Positions 46,001 through 55,786 are shown, counted from the stretch's first letter. The stretch is DNA of 64,000 nucleotides from Candidatus Latescibacterota bacterium (GCA_965208835.1 OZ242358.1:2336001-2400000); one strand, 5' to 3'. Translations and numbers: made by a program. The notes: generated by a model from the letters alone, not told the origin.

Positions 46001-46048
46001 TCACAATAAAATCACAAGAAATCTTTCCAGAAGTCACTATTTAGTCAC
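46001..46048. promoter_or_regulatory. 11-bp-phased TCAC direct repeats (candidate OmpR/PhoB-family operator)
   Basis: TCAC at 46001, 46012, 46034 and 46045 in the AT-rich divergent intergenic region. Confidence 0.55.
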
Positions 46049-46253
46049 ATTAGTATTGTATATTAGTCAACATAGGCGGCCAACAGATGTCCGTCAAGGC
46101 AAATTGAGGTCAAAAGCCCTTGAAATATCATAATATAACCGTACCCGTAACTGCTCTGGGCAGGCCTGGTGCGTAACGGAAGCGCTGTGGATATGCGAGA
46201 CGATCGCGGAGCCAGGCGGAATGGACACGGCCGAAACAAGAAGGGAGAGATAT

Positions 46254-49067
46254 ATGCATAGAAGAAGCCTCCGACTCGCCGTACGGATCGCATTGATCTC
46301 CATCGTTGTCGGACTGAACGTCTTTCAGGGCCCGTCCGAGGTCTTCGCCGACCACGAGATCGCTACCATGACGGCGATGAACGTGATCTCCGTACCTCCT
46401 GATTCCGCCTTCTTCAGAGTTTTCTTTTCGAATGACCCCAATGGGGAGACCTACGGGCTGGGAGAGATCATTGAAATCGAGGCCACCTTCAACAGGGGCA
46501 TGCTGGTCACCGGCAGCGGCGAGGTCAAGATGGACCTCACCGTCGGCGACTCGACGCGGACCGCCACGTACCATCGCGGATCCGGCACGAGAAAGCTGGT
46601 GTTCCGTTACGAAGTGATCGCGACGGACGCGGACACCGACGGGATCAGCGCACCCGCGACAGCCTGGAGGGGAAGCGGCACGGTGAAGACCTCTGTTTCC
46701 AACTTTGCGGCGGTGTTCACCCCCATAGGGCTCGACACCCAGTCCGGTCACAGGGTGAACGGCAGCCTCGGGCCCTGGGTCACCAACGTGGAAATCGCCT
46801 CCACCCCTGCCTCCGGCACCACCTACCGGCATGGAGAAGAGGTCGAGATCGACGTGACGTACACCGCTCCCGTGCGGGTCGACAGCGTCGACCAACCCTG
46901 GTTACCCTATTTCTGGAACAGGGCGTCGGATGGCACGGAACAGCAGAATCTTGCCTGGTACCGGAGCGGAAGCGGTACAAACACGCTGCGTCTCTCCTTT
47001 ACGGTGAGATCCGAATTCAAGGACACCGACGGGGTCCGGATCGCGAGTGCTGCCCCTGACAGCCCAGGCCAGAGAAGGGAAAGAATCGTCTGGGCGTTGA
47101 ACCACGACGGCGTGAGGGCGCCCTGGAGAATGTCAGGGCTCGATGCGGATGCCGACCACCAGATGAACGGGGAGCCGTACATCAAGGGGGTTGCCATCAC
47201 CTCGAGCCCGGCATACGGCGCCACCTACCGGCGCACGGAGGCGATCCGGATCACGTTCACCTTCGACCAGAACGTCCGGGTAGAGGGCACCGTAACCAAG
47301 AACTTGAAGTTCACCTATGGCGACGGCGAGTCCACCAGCCCGCATGCCCAATACGCCTCCGGCAACCGCACCAGGGCATTGGTCTTCAAACACACCGTCG
47401 TGGAAGGGGATGAAGACACGGACGGTCTCACCGTCCTGGCGGGCAATGACGGCGGGTGGGGGGGGAGCGGCAAGATCTGGTCGTCGCGCCCGGCGGGTTC
47501 CCTGGAGACTTCCGCGCAAGCCGATCTGACCCACGGCGAAATCGCGAACGCCGACAGCCACAAGGTGGACGGAGGGCTGACCCTGCCCGCTCCCGGCATC
47601 TCGTCGGTCGTGCTGGTTACGGATCCGGGGGACGACTCCACGTATGTCGCCGGCGACTGGATTGGCGCCAAGGTGACCTTCGACGAAAGCGTGTCCGTCA
47701 CGGGCACTCCGCAGCTCGGGTTGGCAATCGGGACAACGGAGAAGACCGCCCGGTTCGGGCAGGGCTCGTTCGAGGGAAGTGTGAGCCCCGGCGACAGGAC
47801 CGCCGGCCCCGAGGTGGTCTTCGGCTACCAGGTGCAGGCGGGCGACGTCGACAGTGACGGCATCGCCATCGGGGAGGACAAGCTCACGCTAAACGGGGGC
47901 GCCATCAAGCAGGCCGTGACGGACGTGGCCGCGGACCTGAGCCACGAACCCATGGCCACCGATACCGGCCACAAGGTGGATGCCGTGGCCCCGGTCCTGT
48001 CATCCATCGCCATCAGCTCCCGTGCGGGCGGCGACAGGCTCTACGCCGTTGGCGACAGCATCGAGGTGACGATGACCTTCAGCGAGGAGGTGACGGTTTC
48101 CGGCGCTCCGCAACTGGATCTGGACCTCGGCGGTGAGGCGAGAACGGCCACCTACGACTTCACTGGAGACTCGTCCGCGGTCTTTGCCTACGTCGTTCAG
48201 GAGGGTGACGCCGACACGGACGGCATCGCCATCGACGCCGACACCCTCAGTCTCGGCGACGACGACGCCATCACGGACCTTGTCGGCAATTCAGCTGAGC
48301 TGGCCTTCTCGGCCGTAGCCGCCGACAGCGCCCACAGGGTCGACGGGGTGTCTCCGACGCTCAGCTCCGCGGAGGTCTACCACACCGGCAGCAAGGTCAA
48401 CCTGTTTTTCAGCGAGCACGTCACCGTTCCCCGGATTCTCTACACGATCAGGAGTATCGTCAACGTAAATCTCGGTCAGTTCTTCATAGCGGTCCTGACG
48501 GTCGAGGTGGACGGCGACCAGGTGAGGCCCAGTTCCGCCTCTCTTCACGGTCTCTCGTTGCAGCTGAACCTCCCCGCCTCGAGTCGGGTGACCGAGAGCC
48601 AGCGGGTCAAAGTGTCCTACGACAACATCTTCGCCCGCGATGCGGTGGGGCTCTTCATCGACAGGGTCGGCAACCCGTTGGCCAACTTCGACGCCACCAG
48701 TGTACCGAACAATTCCAACCAGGCGGACGCGGACGAACCGGACGTAGGAGAACTTGCATTGAGCCGGGACGAAATCAGGATCACCGAAGGAGAAACAAGA
48801 GGGTATACGTTGGCCCTGGCGTCCCAGCCTTCCGACAGTGTGACCGTTGTCGTCAGCAGCTCCTCGAGCAAGCTGTCCACCAATCGCGACAGCCTCACCT
48901 TCACCACGGGTAACTGGTCTACGGCGCAGAGGGTGAGGCTCACTGCCAGCCAGGACGACGACGACCTGAACTATTGGGTGGCCGTGACCAACACGGGTAG
49001 CGGGGGAGGGTACGACGGCGCGAAGCGGTGGGTGCTTGTGGTCATCGACGACGACGACGGCGAATAG
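46254..49067 (+). CDS. Large secreted/surface protein with repeated Ig-like beta-sandwich units
   Basis: Signal peptide; about five ~125-aa units (TY..G..I.V..TF...V.V.G.P.L.L..G...A.Y..GSGT..LVF.Y.V..GD.D.DGI); C-terminal SLTFTTGNWSTAQ.V motif. Confidence 0.8.
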   Translation: MHRRSLRLAVRIALISIVVGLNVFQGPSEVFADHEIATMTAMNVISVPPDSAFFRVFFSNDPNGETYGLGEIIEIEATFNRGMLVTGSGEVKMDLTVGDSTRTATYHRGSGTRKLVFRYEVIATDADTDGISAPATAWRGSGTVKTSVSNFAAVFTPIGLDTQSGHRVNGSLGPWVTNVEIASTPASGTTYRHGEEVEIDVTYTAPVRVDSVDQPWLPYFWNRASDGTEQQNLAWYRSGSGTNTLRLSFTVRSEFKDTDGVRIASAAPDSPGQRRERIVWALNHDGVRAPWRMSGLDADADHQMNGEPYIKGVAITSSPAYGATYRRTEAIRITFTFDQNVRVEGTVTKNLKFTYGDGESTSPHAQYASGNRTRALVFKHTVVEGDEDTDGLTVLAGNDGGWGGSGKIWSSRPAGSLETSAQADLTHGEIANADSHKVDGGLTLPAPGISSVVLVTDPGDDSTYVAGDWIGAKVTFDESVSVTGTPQLGLAIGTTEKTARFGQGSFEGSVSPGDRTAGPEVVFGYQVQAGDVDSDGIAIGEDKLTLNGGAIKQAVTDVAADLSHEPMATDTGHKVDAVAPVLSSIAISSRAGGDRLYAVGDSIEVTMTFSEEVTVSGAPQLDLDLGGEARTATYDFTGDSSAVFAYVVQEGDADTDGIAIDADTLSLGDDDAITDLVGNSAELAFSAVAADSAHRVDGVSPTLSSAEVYHTGSKVNLFFSEHVTVPRILYTIRSIVNVNLGQFFIAVLTVEVDGDQVRPSSASLHGLSLQLNLPASSRVTESQRVKVSYDNIFARDAVGLFIDRVGNPLANFDATSVPNNSNQADADEPDVGELALSRDEIRITEGETRGYTLALASQPSDSVTVVVSSSSSKLSTNRDSLTFTTGNWSTAQRVRLTASQDDDDLNYWVAVTNTGSGGGYDGAKRWVLVVIDDDDGE

Positions 49068-49097
49068 GGGAGAGGCGTGACCAATCACTGGTGCAGG

Positions 49098-50345
49098 ATG
49101 AAAGCATTGATATTGTTCCTTATCTCGATGTATCCGGCCTCTTTGCGGGCAGACGCGGCCTCTCCGCCGGATACGTGGAACCTGGTTCAAAACAGTCTGA
49201 ATTTCAACGTTCGGACCATCATCTATCCGGCGGAAGGGAATGAGGATCCCATTCCCGTGACGCCCTATCTCACCCTTGAATTGTACCGGTGCAACTCCTA
49301 CAAGCTAACCGTTGGGGTACGGGCGGCAGCGGGGTACAGGTTTCCCCATTTCCTGCCGGACCCGCCGGTTCACGAACCGGCTCCCGAATCGAGAGCGATC
49401 GCAGCGTTCGGCTACTATACGCTGCAATCCGATACCCTTCGTTTCAACGCTCATTATCTGAGCCTGTTCGAAGACGGCGAAGATCTGGAAGACGTCGTAA
49501 AGCAGTCCGATAGCGAGATGGCGCTGGAGGAATACAGGCTCATCATTGCCTTCGTAAACACGATTTTTCTTGACTTCTTCAATGACCTCTACGCAAACCC
49601 GACCCGCGGCAGGCTGGTCTTCATGCTGCCCGGCGACAGCGATTTTGCCGACCCTTCCGTGGATTCTGGCGAGGAAATCGTCTGGGAACTGGTGCCGCAG
49701 GGCGGTCCCTCGTCCATTTCCCGGTCGTCGGTACAGGCCACCGTAAAGGGCGACGGGACGGAGGGCCTGACGGTGGAATTCGCCCGTTCGGTATCGGGGC
49801 GGCCCCCGCAGTACGCCTGGTGTGCGGTCACCGACGGCGACGGCCGCGTGGCGCTCGACGTCGTCACGCTGCACGGTTCGGGAGTCACCGGCTACTACAG
49901 CGCTCGCGCCCGCAATGAAGCCGGCGGGATCGTGGGCCGATGGCACAGCATTCCTCTCAACGAGGACCACCGCCAGATCCTGGAACTGACGCTGGGGGGC
50001 GCCGCCCGCGTTCTGGCCAGCCACGCGCTCTATTCAGCCAGGATTGCACCGCCTGAGAACACACAACCTGAAGCCTGGTTGGCGCCCAATTTTCCCAACC
50101 CGTTCAACAGCAGCACGCTTATCGCATACCGTCTGGCGGAAGCGGGTCCGGTGCGTCTGGAGGTCTTCAATTCCCTGGGCCAGCACCTGAACACGCTGGT
50201 GGACGATCACCAGGCCGCGGGCAGGTACGTGGTCCGGTGGCATGCGCGCGACGGGCGCGGAAATGACATGGCCGCGGGTGTTTACCTGGTGCGCCTGTTC
50301 CATCCGGGAGGCGTGGACGCCCGGCGCATGCTGTATCTCAAGTAA
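49098..50345 (+). CDS. Secreted protein with C-terminal FlgD-Ig / T9SS-A-like domain
   Basis: Signal peptide; LAPNFPNPFNSST.I.Y.L...VRLEVFNSLGQ...AAGVYLVRL. Confidence 0.8.
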   Translation: MKALILFLISMYPASLRADAASPPDTWNLVQNSLNFNVRTIIYPAEGNEDPIPVTPYLTLELYRCNSYKLTVGVRAAAGYRFPHFLPDPPVHEPAPESRAIAAFGYYTLQSDTLRFNAHYLSLFEDGEDLEDVVKQSDSEMALEEYRLIIAFVNTIFLDFFNDLYANPTRGRLVFMLPGDSDFADPSVDSGEEIVWELVPQGGPSSISRSSVQATVKGDGTEGLTVEFARSVSGRPPQYAWCAVTDGDGRVALDVVTLHGSGVTGYYSARARNEAGGIVGRWHSIPLNEDHRQILELTLGGAARVLASHALYSARIAPPENTQPEAWLAPNFPNPFNSSTLIAYRLAEAGPVRLEVFNSLGQHLNTLVDDHQAAGRYVVRWHARDGRGNDMAAGVYLVRLFHPGGVDARRMLYLK

Positions 50346-50421
50346 CGCGACTGAATTGGTTTCCCGGACGGGCTTGAAACACGCCGTTGGACAAACAGAA
50401 TCAGGGATAGGAGGAGATTCA

Positions 50422-51180
50422 ATGAAATACGCACTGTTTCATTCGATTGTCGCGATGGTCGTCCTGGCAACCGCTGTCGCGGCGGAAGAGGATCGTTTTG
50501 AAGGACAGGTCGTCAATCCGCGGTCCCATCCGGTGAAAAGGGTGCAGGTGGAGGTTTACAGGCTCGATGATCCGCGCCAGCGGTTGACCGCGCTGACGGA
50601 CGAAAGCGGGGGTTTCTCGCTGCCGCTGCGAGACCTTGTTCCGCCGAGACCGAATGCGCTGCTGCAGAATCATCCGAATCCGTTCAATCCTTCCACCCTG
50701 ATACCCTTTGAGATCGAGAAACGCGGGCACGTGCGTCTGGACGTTTATAACATTCTGGGACAGCGCTTGATCACGCTGGTCGACGAAGAACGCCCGGCCG
50801 GACTCCACAGGGTGCAGTGGGACGGCACCGACAGACTCGGCAGGGGCGTGAGCGCGGGGGTCTACATCTACCGGCTCAGCACGGGAAACTGGCACGATGC
50901 GCGGAAGCTGATGCTGCTGGACGGCGCGTCGGGACGCGCGGGCGGTAACGCGGCGGGACTCGTGGAAGAAGCAGGGGCTCACACGCTGGGTGTGAAGATT
51001 ACGGGCGAGGAGATCCTGCCGGCGACCTTTACCTGGGGTCGGGGCTCCGGGCCCCTGGTGGTGGAAGTGAAAGGAATTGAAGACCTCATTCCGCCCGAGG
51101 TCGTGGACTCAAAGACCGGGGCCAATCCCTTCTCCGGAATCAGCCTCGCCTCGATAGCTCAAATTGTGTCCGGACGCTGA
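50422..51180 (+). CDS. Secreted protein with internal FlgD-Ig domain
   Basis: RBS aggagg; signal peptide; LLQNHPNPFNPST..VYNILGQ..WDGTD..SAGVYIYRL. Confidence 0.8.
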   Translation: MKYALFHSIVAMVVLATAVAAEEDRFEGQVVNPRSHPVKRVQVEVYRLDDPRQRLTALTDESGGFSLPLRDLVPPRPNALLQNHPNPFNPSTLIPFEIEKRGHVRLDVYNILGQRLITLVDEERPAGLHRVQWDGTDRLGRGVSAGVYIYRLSTGNWHDARKLMLLDGASGRAGGNAAGLVEEAGAHTLGVKITGEEILPATFTWGRGSGPLVVEVKGIEDLIPPEVVDSKTGANPFSGISLASIAQIVSGR

Positions 51181-51237
51181 GAGCGACCATCGAACAGGGC
51201 CGGGATCCTCTGATGAGGCGCGGCCCTTCGGAAAACG

Positions 51238-51278
51238 AAAACGCCCTGCTGATCGATTTTCAGCAGGGCGTTTCTTGT
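51238..51278. terminator. Bidirectional intrinsic terminator between the surface-protein block and tRNA-Glu
   Basis: aaaacgccctgctga...tcagcagggcgtttc with T-rich tails on both strands. Confidence 0.75.
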
Positions 51279-51291
51279 TTGTTTTTTTATA

Positions 51292-51367
51292 TGGTGACCC
51301 CGAGGGGAGTCGAACCCCCGTTTCCAGGGTGAGAACCTGGTGTCCTAGGCCACTGAACGACGGGGTC
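51292..51367 (-). tRNA. tRNA-Glu (anticodon CTC)
   Basis: 76 nt: GACCCCG acceptor stem, CCAGG-TTCTCAC-CCTGG anticodon arm, GGGGG-TTCGACT-CCCCT T arm and encoded CCA. Confidence 0.97.
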
Positions 51368-51386
51368 ACCCAGTCAAAGCGGGCGA

Positions 51387-51415
51387 AATCTACCCAAATT
51401 GGCCGTTTTTGTCAA
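51387..51415 (-). promoter_or_regulatory. sigma70 promoter of tRNA-Glu
   Basis: Minus strand TTGACA-17 nt-TAGATT. Confidence 0.7.
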
Positions 51416-51587
51416 GGGATTACGGTCTTTCGCGGCGTCGCTTCGATGTATTTTTCGAACCGGTTCCTTTTGTGCTTTTTGTGGCCAATTTAACCGTAGT
51501 CTTCGTGCGAATTTTTACCGGGAGCAGTTAATATTTGACATCGATTGTGCCTGCTACGGTGGAGAGAAACTTGCCCAAACACGGACG

Positions 51588-51654
51588 CTGAGCTTGTCGA
51601 AGCGCCCGCGTTTCGGCACGCTTTTTCCTTCGCCGACCCTTCGACAAGCTCAGG
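51588..51654. repeat. REP-like inverted pair ctgagcttgtcgaag / cttcgacaagctcag
   Basis: The same motif occurs at ~58138/58226-58245, ~61716 and ~62171. Confidence 0.75.
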
Positions 51655-51722
51655 GAGCGGCCCAGGTTGGCCGGTTAGTGTTGTGGAAAAAGGTAAACTA
51701 TCGGGTGCTCCCCGTAGTAATG

Positions 51723-52094
51723 TCAGTCTCTCGGCGGCACGGCGCAGAGGAAGCCGAGGGGTTCGTCGCCGGTATTTTCGAACTGATGCTGCTCGTTCGG
51801 AGGAATGTAGACGATGTCGCCGGGGCCGATTTCGAAGACTTCCCAGCCCATCAGCAGACGGGCGGTGCCTCTGAGGACGTAGACGCCGTGGTCGTGGTCG
51901 TGACGGTCGAACGAGGTCTGCCCGCCGGGCGAGACTTCGTAGTACCGCATGCCGAAGTTCACGGCCCCGTCCCGCTTGCCGATGACGACCTGTTTGCTGC
52001 CGCCCACCGCGCCGCCCCTTTCGTAGGTCTCGACTTCGACGCCTTCCCAGGCGTAGTTGCCATGCTCGCCGGTAAACCGATGTATAACGCCCAT
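51723..52094 (-). CDS. Cupin domain protein
   Basis: FGMRYYEVSPGG, HDHDHGVYVLRG and GDIVYIPPNEQHQFEN. Confidence 0.88.
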   Translation of the reverse strand: MGVIHRFTGEHGNYAWEGVEVETYERGGAVGGSKQVVIGKRDGAVNFGMRYYEVSPGGQTSFDRHDHDHGVYVLRGTARLLMGWEVFEIGPGDIVYIPPNEQHQFENTGDEPLGFLCAVPPRD

Positions 52095-52126
52095 GGAAAC
52101 CCTTCAGAGTACGGCGTCCCCTGCGT

Positions 52127-53212
52127 TTACATGAAGTTCCTGACGCCGCTGCCGTGGAGCTCGGAGATACGGGCGGCGGTCTCCTCGTCGAAGCCCACCT
52201 GGACCAGTTCCTGAATACGTTTGTTGTGCATGGTACTGTAGAGGTCGCGCACCAGGGAACGGCCCTTCTCGATCTGATCGGGCGAGGACCCGCCGCCTGC
52301 GAGGGTCATCATCGCATTCAGCACGAAGGGGCTGGCGCCGGAAACCTGCTGCAGGAAGGCGGTGCGTTTTTCGGCTGCCTGGGCGAGCCGGGTGATGACC
52401 TCGGGTCGCTGCTGGATGTGATATCCGATGTGAGAGAGACCGTAGCCAACGTGGCGGCCCTCATCCTGCCGGGCGAGTTTGAAGACCCGGGCCGTGACGG
52501 GGTCCGGCGACACCTCCTCCAGGAATCTGAGAAGCTCCATGAACGTACCTTCGCCCAGCACGTGGAGGAGGAACGACGCGTCCGTGAAGTCTTCCTGGGC
52601 GAGTAGGCTTTGAAGAGACCATTCCGTGGCCGAGGAGACGTACTGCAGCCCGCCGCCGTTGGCCAGCGCTCGCTTGGTGAAGACTTCCACGTGCCTGGCC
52701 TCATCCATCACCTGGCTGGAGAGAAACAGGATGACTTCGGAAAAACACGGGTCGATGCGGCCGATGAACTTGGCGGGCAGGTACAGGGCCAGGTATTCGT
52801 TCTGGATCATGAACGTGCAGACCTGGCAGACCGCGCGTTCCAGGTCTTCCTCGAGCTCGGGCAGGTCGCGCCAAGGGATATCCGTCGTCGCGTTCCATTG
52901 GCCCTGTTTGGCCTGTTCGACCAGGTCGGCGATGTTCTCGGCCCAGACCTCGGTCTTCTGAACGATGCCGAAGTCGAAGTCGGGGGTCTTGGGGTCCACG
53001 ACCGAGCCCCGCTGCGCCAGGCCGTGGTTGGGCGGCGCCAGTTCCGGAACCGCGCCCGGCCTGCCGACAAGACAGTCGGGAAGGAAGATGCCACGCTCGT
53101 CGCGCGGCGGTACCCTGATGCCCCAGTCGGGTTCGCCCCAGGAGGTTGTATCGGGGATATTCCGGTCCACGTATCGCCACTCCTCTTTTTGTCCGCCGTG
53201 TCGTCCCGTCAC
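52127..53212 (-). CDS. Ferritin-like di-iron protein
   Basis: QWNATTDIPW, QNEYLA, DEARH, GEGTF and QDEGRHVGYG (paired ExxH motifs). Confidence 0.8.
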   Translation of the reverse strand: MTGRHGGQKEEWRYVDRNIPDTTSWGEPDWGIRVPPRDERGIFLPDCLVGRPGAVPELAPPNHGLAQRGSVVDPKTPDFDFGIVQKTEVWAENIADLVEQAKQGQWNATTDIPWRDLPELEEDLERAVCQVCTFMIQNEYLALYLPAKFIGRIDPCFSEVILFLSSQVMDEARHVEVFTKRALANGGGLQYVSSATEWSLQSLLAQEDFTDASFLLHVLGEGTFMELLRFLEEVSPDPVTARVFKLARQDEGRHVGYGLSHIGYHIQQRPEVITRLAQAAEKRTAFLQQVSGASPFVLNAMMTLAGGGSSPDQIEKGRSLVRDLYSTMHNKRIQELVQVGFDEETAARISELHGSGVRNFM

Positions 53213-54379
53213 TTATTCCCTGCCGTTGAGGACCATTTTGACAAAGTCGCCGAAGTCGGTTGTGTCGAATGTCCTGAAGGAGGTCAGCATCGACGGCGTC
53301 CATTCATCGTGCCAGATCCACGCCGTCCACCCGATATTCCGGGTCTCGCAGAAATCAACGAGGGGCCGGGCATATTCCTGCCTGATTCTCCCCGGATCTT
53401 CCGAATGACCGTAGCCCCATTCACCCAGGAAGACCGCGTCGGTTTTATCCAGGTCGAAGAGAACGTCCTTCCACGCTTCGCCCTTCCACGGGTAAGGATG
53501 CGTTTCGTACACGACGTTAGGCCGGTCCACCGGGTCGTCCAGGGCGCCGCTGAGGTCGTACCCCCAGTCGGTGCCCGAAACGAGGACGAGCGCCCGGGGG
53601 GCCACGTCGTGGATGACGTCCACAAGCGATTCGGCGACCGGGCGCCACTCATTCCAGGTGATGAAGGCGGGTTCGTTGAACGTCCCGTAGATGACGTGCG
53701 GCAGGTCGCTGTATCTTCGGACGATCGCGTCCAGCGCCTCGATCGCCAGCGACAGGTCGGGGTTGTAAGGATTTCCACGCCAGGGGTGTACGTACCCCCA
53801 ATCGGGGTTCTCCGTCTGCCCGGTGAGCGGGTTCCCGTGCGCGTGCCAGCCAAGAAAGACGTAGACGCCGCGACGCCGTCCCCAGTCGACGATCGGATCC
53901 ACGAACGCGGGCAGGTAGTCTGGGTACCGATCCCAGAGGTCCGGATGAATGGGGACCCGGATGACGTCCACATTCCATTCGTCCGCCAGGAATTCGAGCG
54001 CGTCCATTCCGCGGCGGGTCGAGGCGTGCAGGAAGAACGGATCGATCACGGCCACGCCGCGCAGCACAACGTCCACGTTCTGACCGTATACGTCCGCAAA
54101 CGCCAGAAAGTCGGCGAAATCGACGCTGCCGCTCCCGTCGAGGTCGTATTCTTTCCTGGACGAACCGTAGGCTTTCGCAAACAGAAGAAAGTCCGAAAGG
54201 TCCACCTGTCCGCCACCGTCGAAGTCCGCGTCGGCGGCGGTCGCGCTGACGATTCTGTGTCCGTCGACCCGTAGTCTCGACAGGTTCTCCGCGGCGCCTG
54301 ACGCGGTTGCAGAAAGCGACAGGGCCAGGATCAGAAAGGAAAAGACCAGGTTGCTGGATCTCCGGACTTTCATGGGCAT
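53213..54379 (-). CDS. GH5 (cellulase family) glycoside hydrolase with inserted dockerin/EF-hand pair
   Basis: Signal peptide; VIRVPI, WHAHG, FNEP (acid/base), HPYP and LGEWG (nucleophile); DFDGGGQVDLSDFL / DLDGSGSVDFADFL. Confidence 0.85.
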   Translation of the reverse strand: MPMKVRRSSNLVFSFLILALSLSATASGAAENLSRLRVDGHRIVSATAADADFDGGGQVDLSDFLLFAKAYGSSRKEYDLDGSGSVDFADFLAFADVYGQNVDVVLRGVAVIDPFFLHASTRRGMDALEFLADEWNVDVIRVPIHPDLWDRYPDYLPAFVDPIVDWGRRRGVYVFLGWHAHGNPLTGQTENPDWGYVHPWRGNPYNPDLSLAIEALDAIVRRYSDLPHVIYGTFNEPAFITWNEWRPVAESLVDVIHDVAPRALVLVSGTDWGYDLSGALDDPVDRPNVVYETHPYPWKGEAWKDVLFDLDKTDAVFLGEWGYGHSEDPGRIRQEYARPLVDFCETRNIGWTAWIWHDEWTPSMLTSFRTFDTTDFGDFVKMVLNGRE

Positions 54380-54711
54380 TAAGGGATCGTTCGCGAGATG
54401 AATGGGTCACACCTTCGCCGATACTGTCATCCAGAGGAGGCATGTGCGCTCAGAATGACGGCCGGGCCCATTGTCAGGCCGGCGACATCCTTTCAGCGAA
54501 AGATAGGAACAAAGCCCACGTCGAGCAAGGCTGATTGGTAAATTGCGCCGCTGATGCGCCGGGAGACGCGTCTCCGTGACGTAGCGGTCGAGTTATGGAA
54601 TTATCTTGTAAGCCCCGCCGGTTGGCGTTATATTTGAGACTTTTGGGCGGATCTGCACGGGCCCCCGCGAACGCGGGTAATCGGGACGTTGATTATGCCG
54701 GAGAGGGTTTG

Positions 54712-55698
54712 ATGTTGAAATACATCGCGTGGCGAATTCTGATGATGATTCCCACGCTATTCGCCATATCGATCGTGTCATTCCTGATCATCCAGCTTCC
54801 TCCGGGAGATTTCCTCACGTCGTACCTGGCGCAGCTCACCTCGATGGGCGAGACGGTAAGCGAAGAGGTCATCGAGGCGCTCCGGGCGCGCTACGGGCTG
54901 GGCAGTCCGGTCTACGTTCAGTACTGGACCTGGATGACGGGCATCATCACGCAGGGCGATTTCGGGATGTCCCTGCTGTGGGGCAGGCCGGTGAGCGAAC
55001 TGCTGTGGGAGCGGGTCAGCCTCACGGTGATGGTGAGCGCGAGTTCGGTGCTCTTCATCTGGGTGGTTGCGATACCCATCGGCATCTATTCTGCCGTCCG
55101 GCAATATTCCATCGGCGACTACATCTTCACGTTTCTGGGGTTCCTTGGGCTTGCCACGCCGCCGTTCATGCTGGCCCTGATCGCGCTGTGGATCGTCTTC
55201 GTGTCCACCGGCAGCGTCCTGGTGGGTCTTTTTTCCCCGGAATACATCGACGCGTCCTGGTCGTTCGGCAAGGCATTGGACCTGCTCGCGCACCTGTGGA
55301 TTCCAATGGTGATCCTCGGTACCGCGGGAACGGCCGGGACGATCCGCGTGATCCGCGCCCAGATGCTGGATGAATTGCACAAACCCTATGTCGTCACCGC
55401 CAGGGCGAAAGGCGTGTCGGAACTCAAGCTTCTCTTCAAGTATCCCGTGAGGATCGCCCTGAATCCCTTCTTCAGCACCCTGGGCTGGCTGTTGCCCCGG
55501 CTGATCGCGGGAGAGATCCTGGTGTCCATCGTGTTGAATCTGCCCACTACCGGGCCGCTTCTTCTCGGCGCGCTCACCAATCAGGATATGTACCTCGCCG
55601 GGAGCTTTATGCTGATCCTGAGCACGTTGACGGTCATCGGGACGCTGATTTCGGATATTTTGCTCGCCTGGGTGGACCCGAGAATTCGCTATTCGTAG
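54712..55698 (+). CDS. ABC transporter permease (DppB/OppB-like)
   Basis: LPPGD, GDFGMS, YVVTARAKG and AWVDPRIRY. Confidence 0.92.
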   Translation: MLKYIAWRILMMIPTLFAISIVSFLIIQLPPGDFLTSYLAQLTSMGETVSEEVIEALRARYGLGSPVYVQYWTWMTGIITQGDFGMSLLWGRPVSELLWERVSLTVMVSASSVLFIWVVAIPIGIYSAVRQYSIGDYIFTFLGFLGLATPPFMLALIALWIVFVSTGSVLVGLFSPEYIDASWSFGKALDLLAHLWIPMVILGTAGTAGTIRVIRAQMLDELHKPYVVTARAKGVSELKLLFKYPVRIALNPFFSTLGWLLPRLIAGEILVSIVLNLPTTGPLLLGALTNQDMYLAGSFMLILSTLTVIGTLISDILLAWVDPRIRYS

Positions 55699-55786
55699 AT
55701 CTCCGGGTACGCCGGAAAATCTCAAGGAGTCGCCAGTAATTACAACCAGACCGCACAATAAGAGGCTCTCCAGGCGATTGCCGCCT

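Noticed and set aside
35000-51290. Prophage or integrative element at tRNA-Glu
   Set aside because: No integrase, phage or conjugation genes and no duplicated tRNA 3' end; kept only as a weak island hypothesis.
52610-54274. Long alternative-frame ORFs (e.g. 52610-54274 +, 33369-34973 -, 41288-42736 +, 37146-38570 -, 31817-33031 -)
   Set aside because: These are antisense shadows of well-supported genes in GC-rich DNA, with no recognisable motifs.
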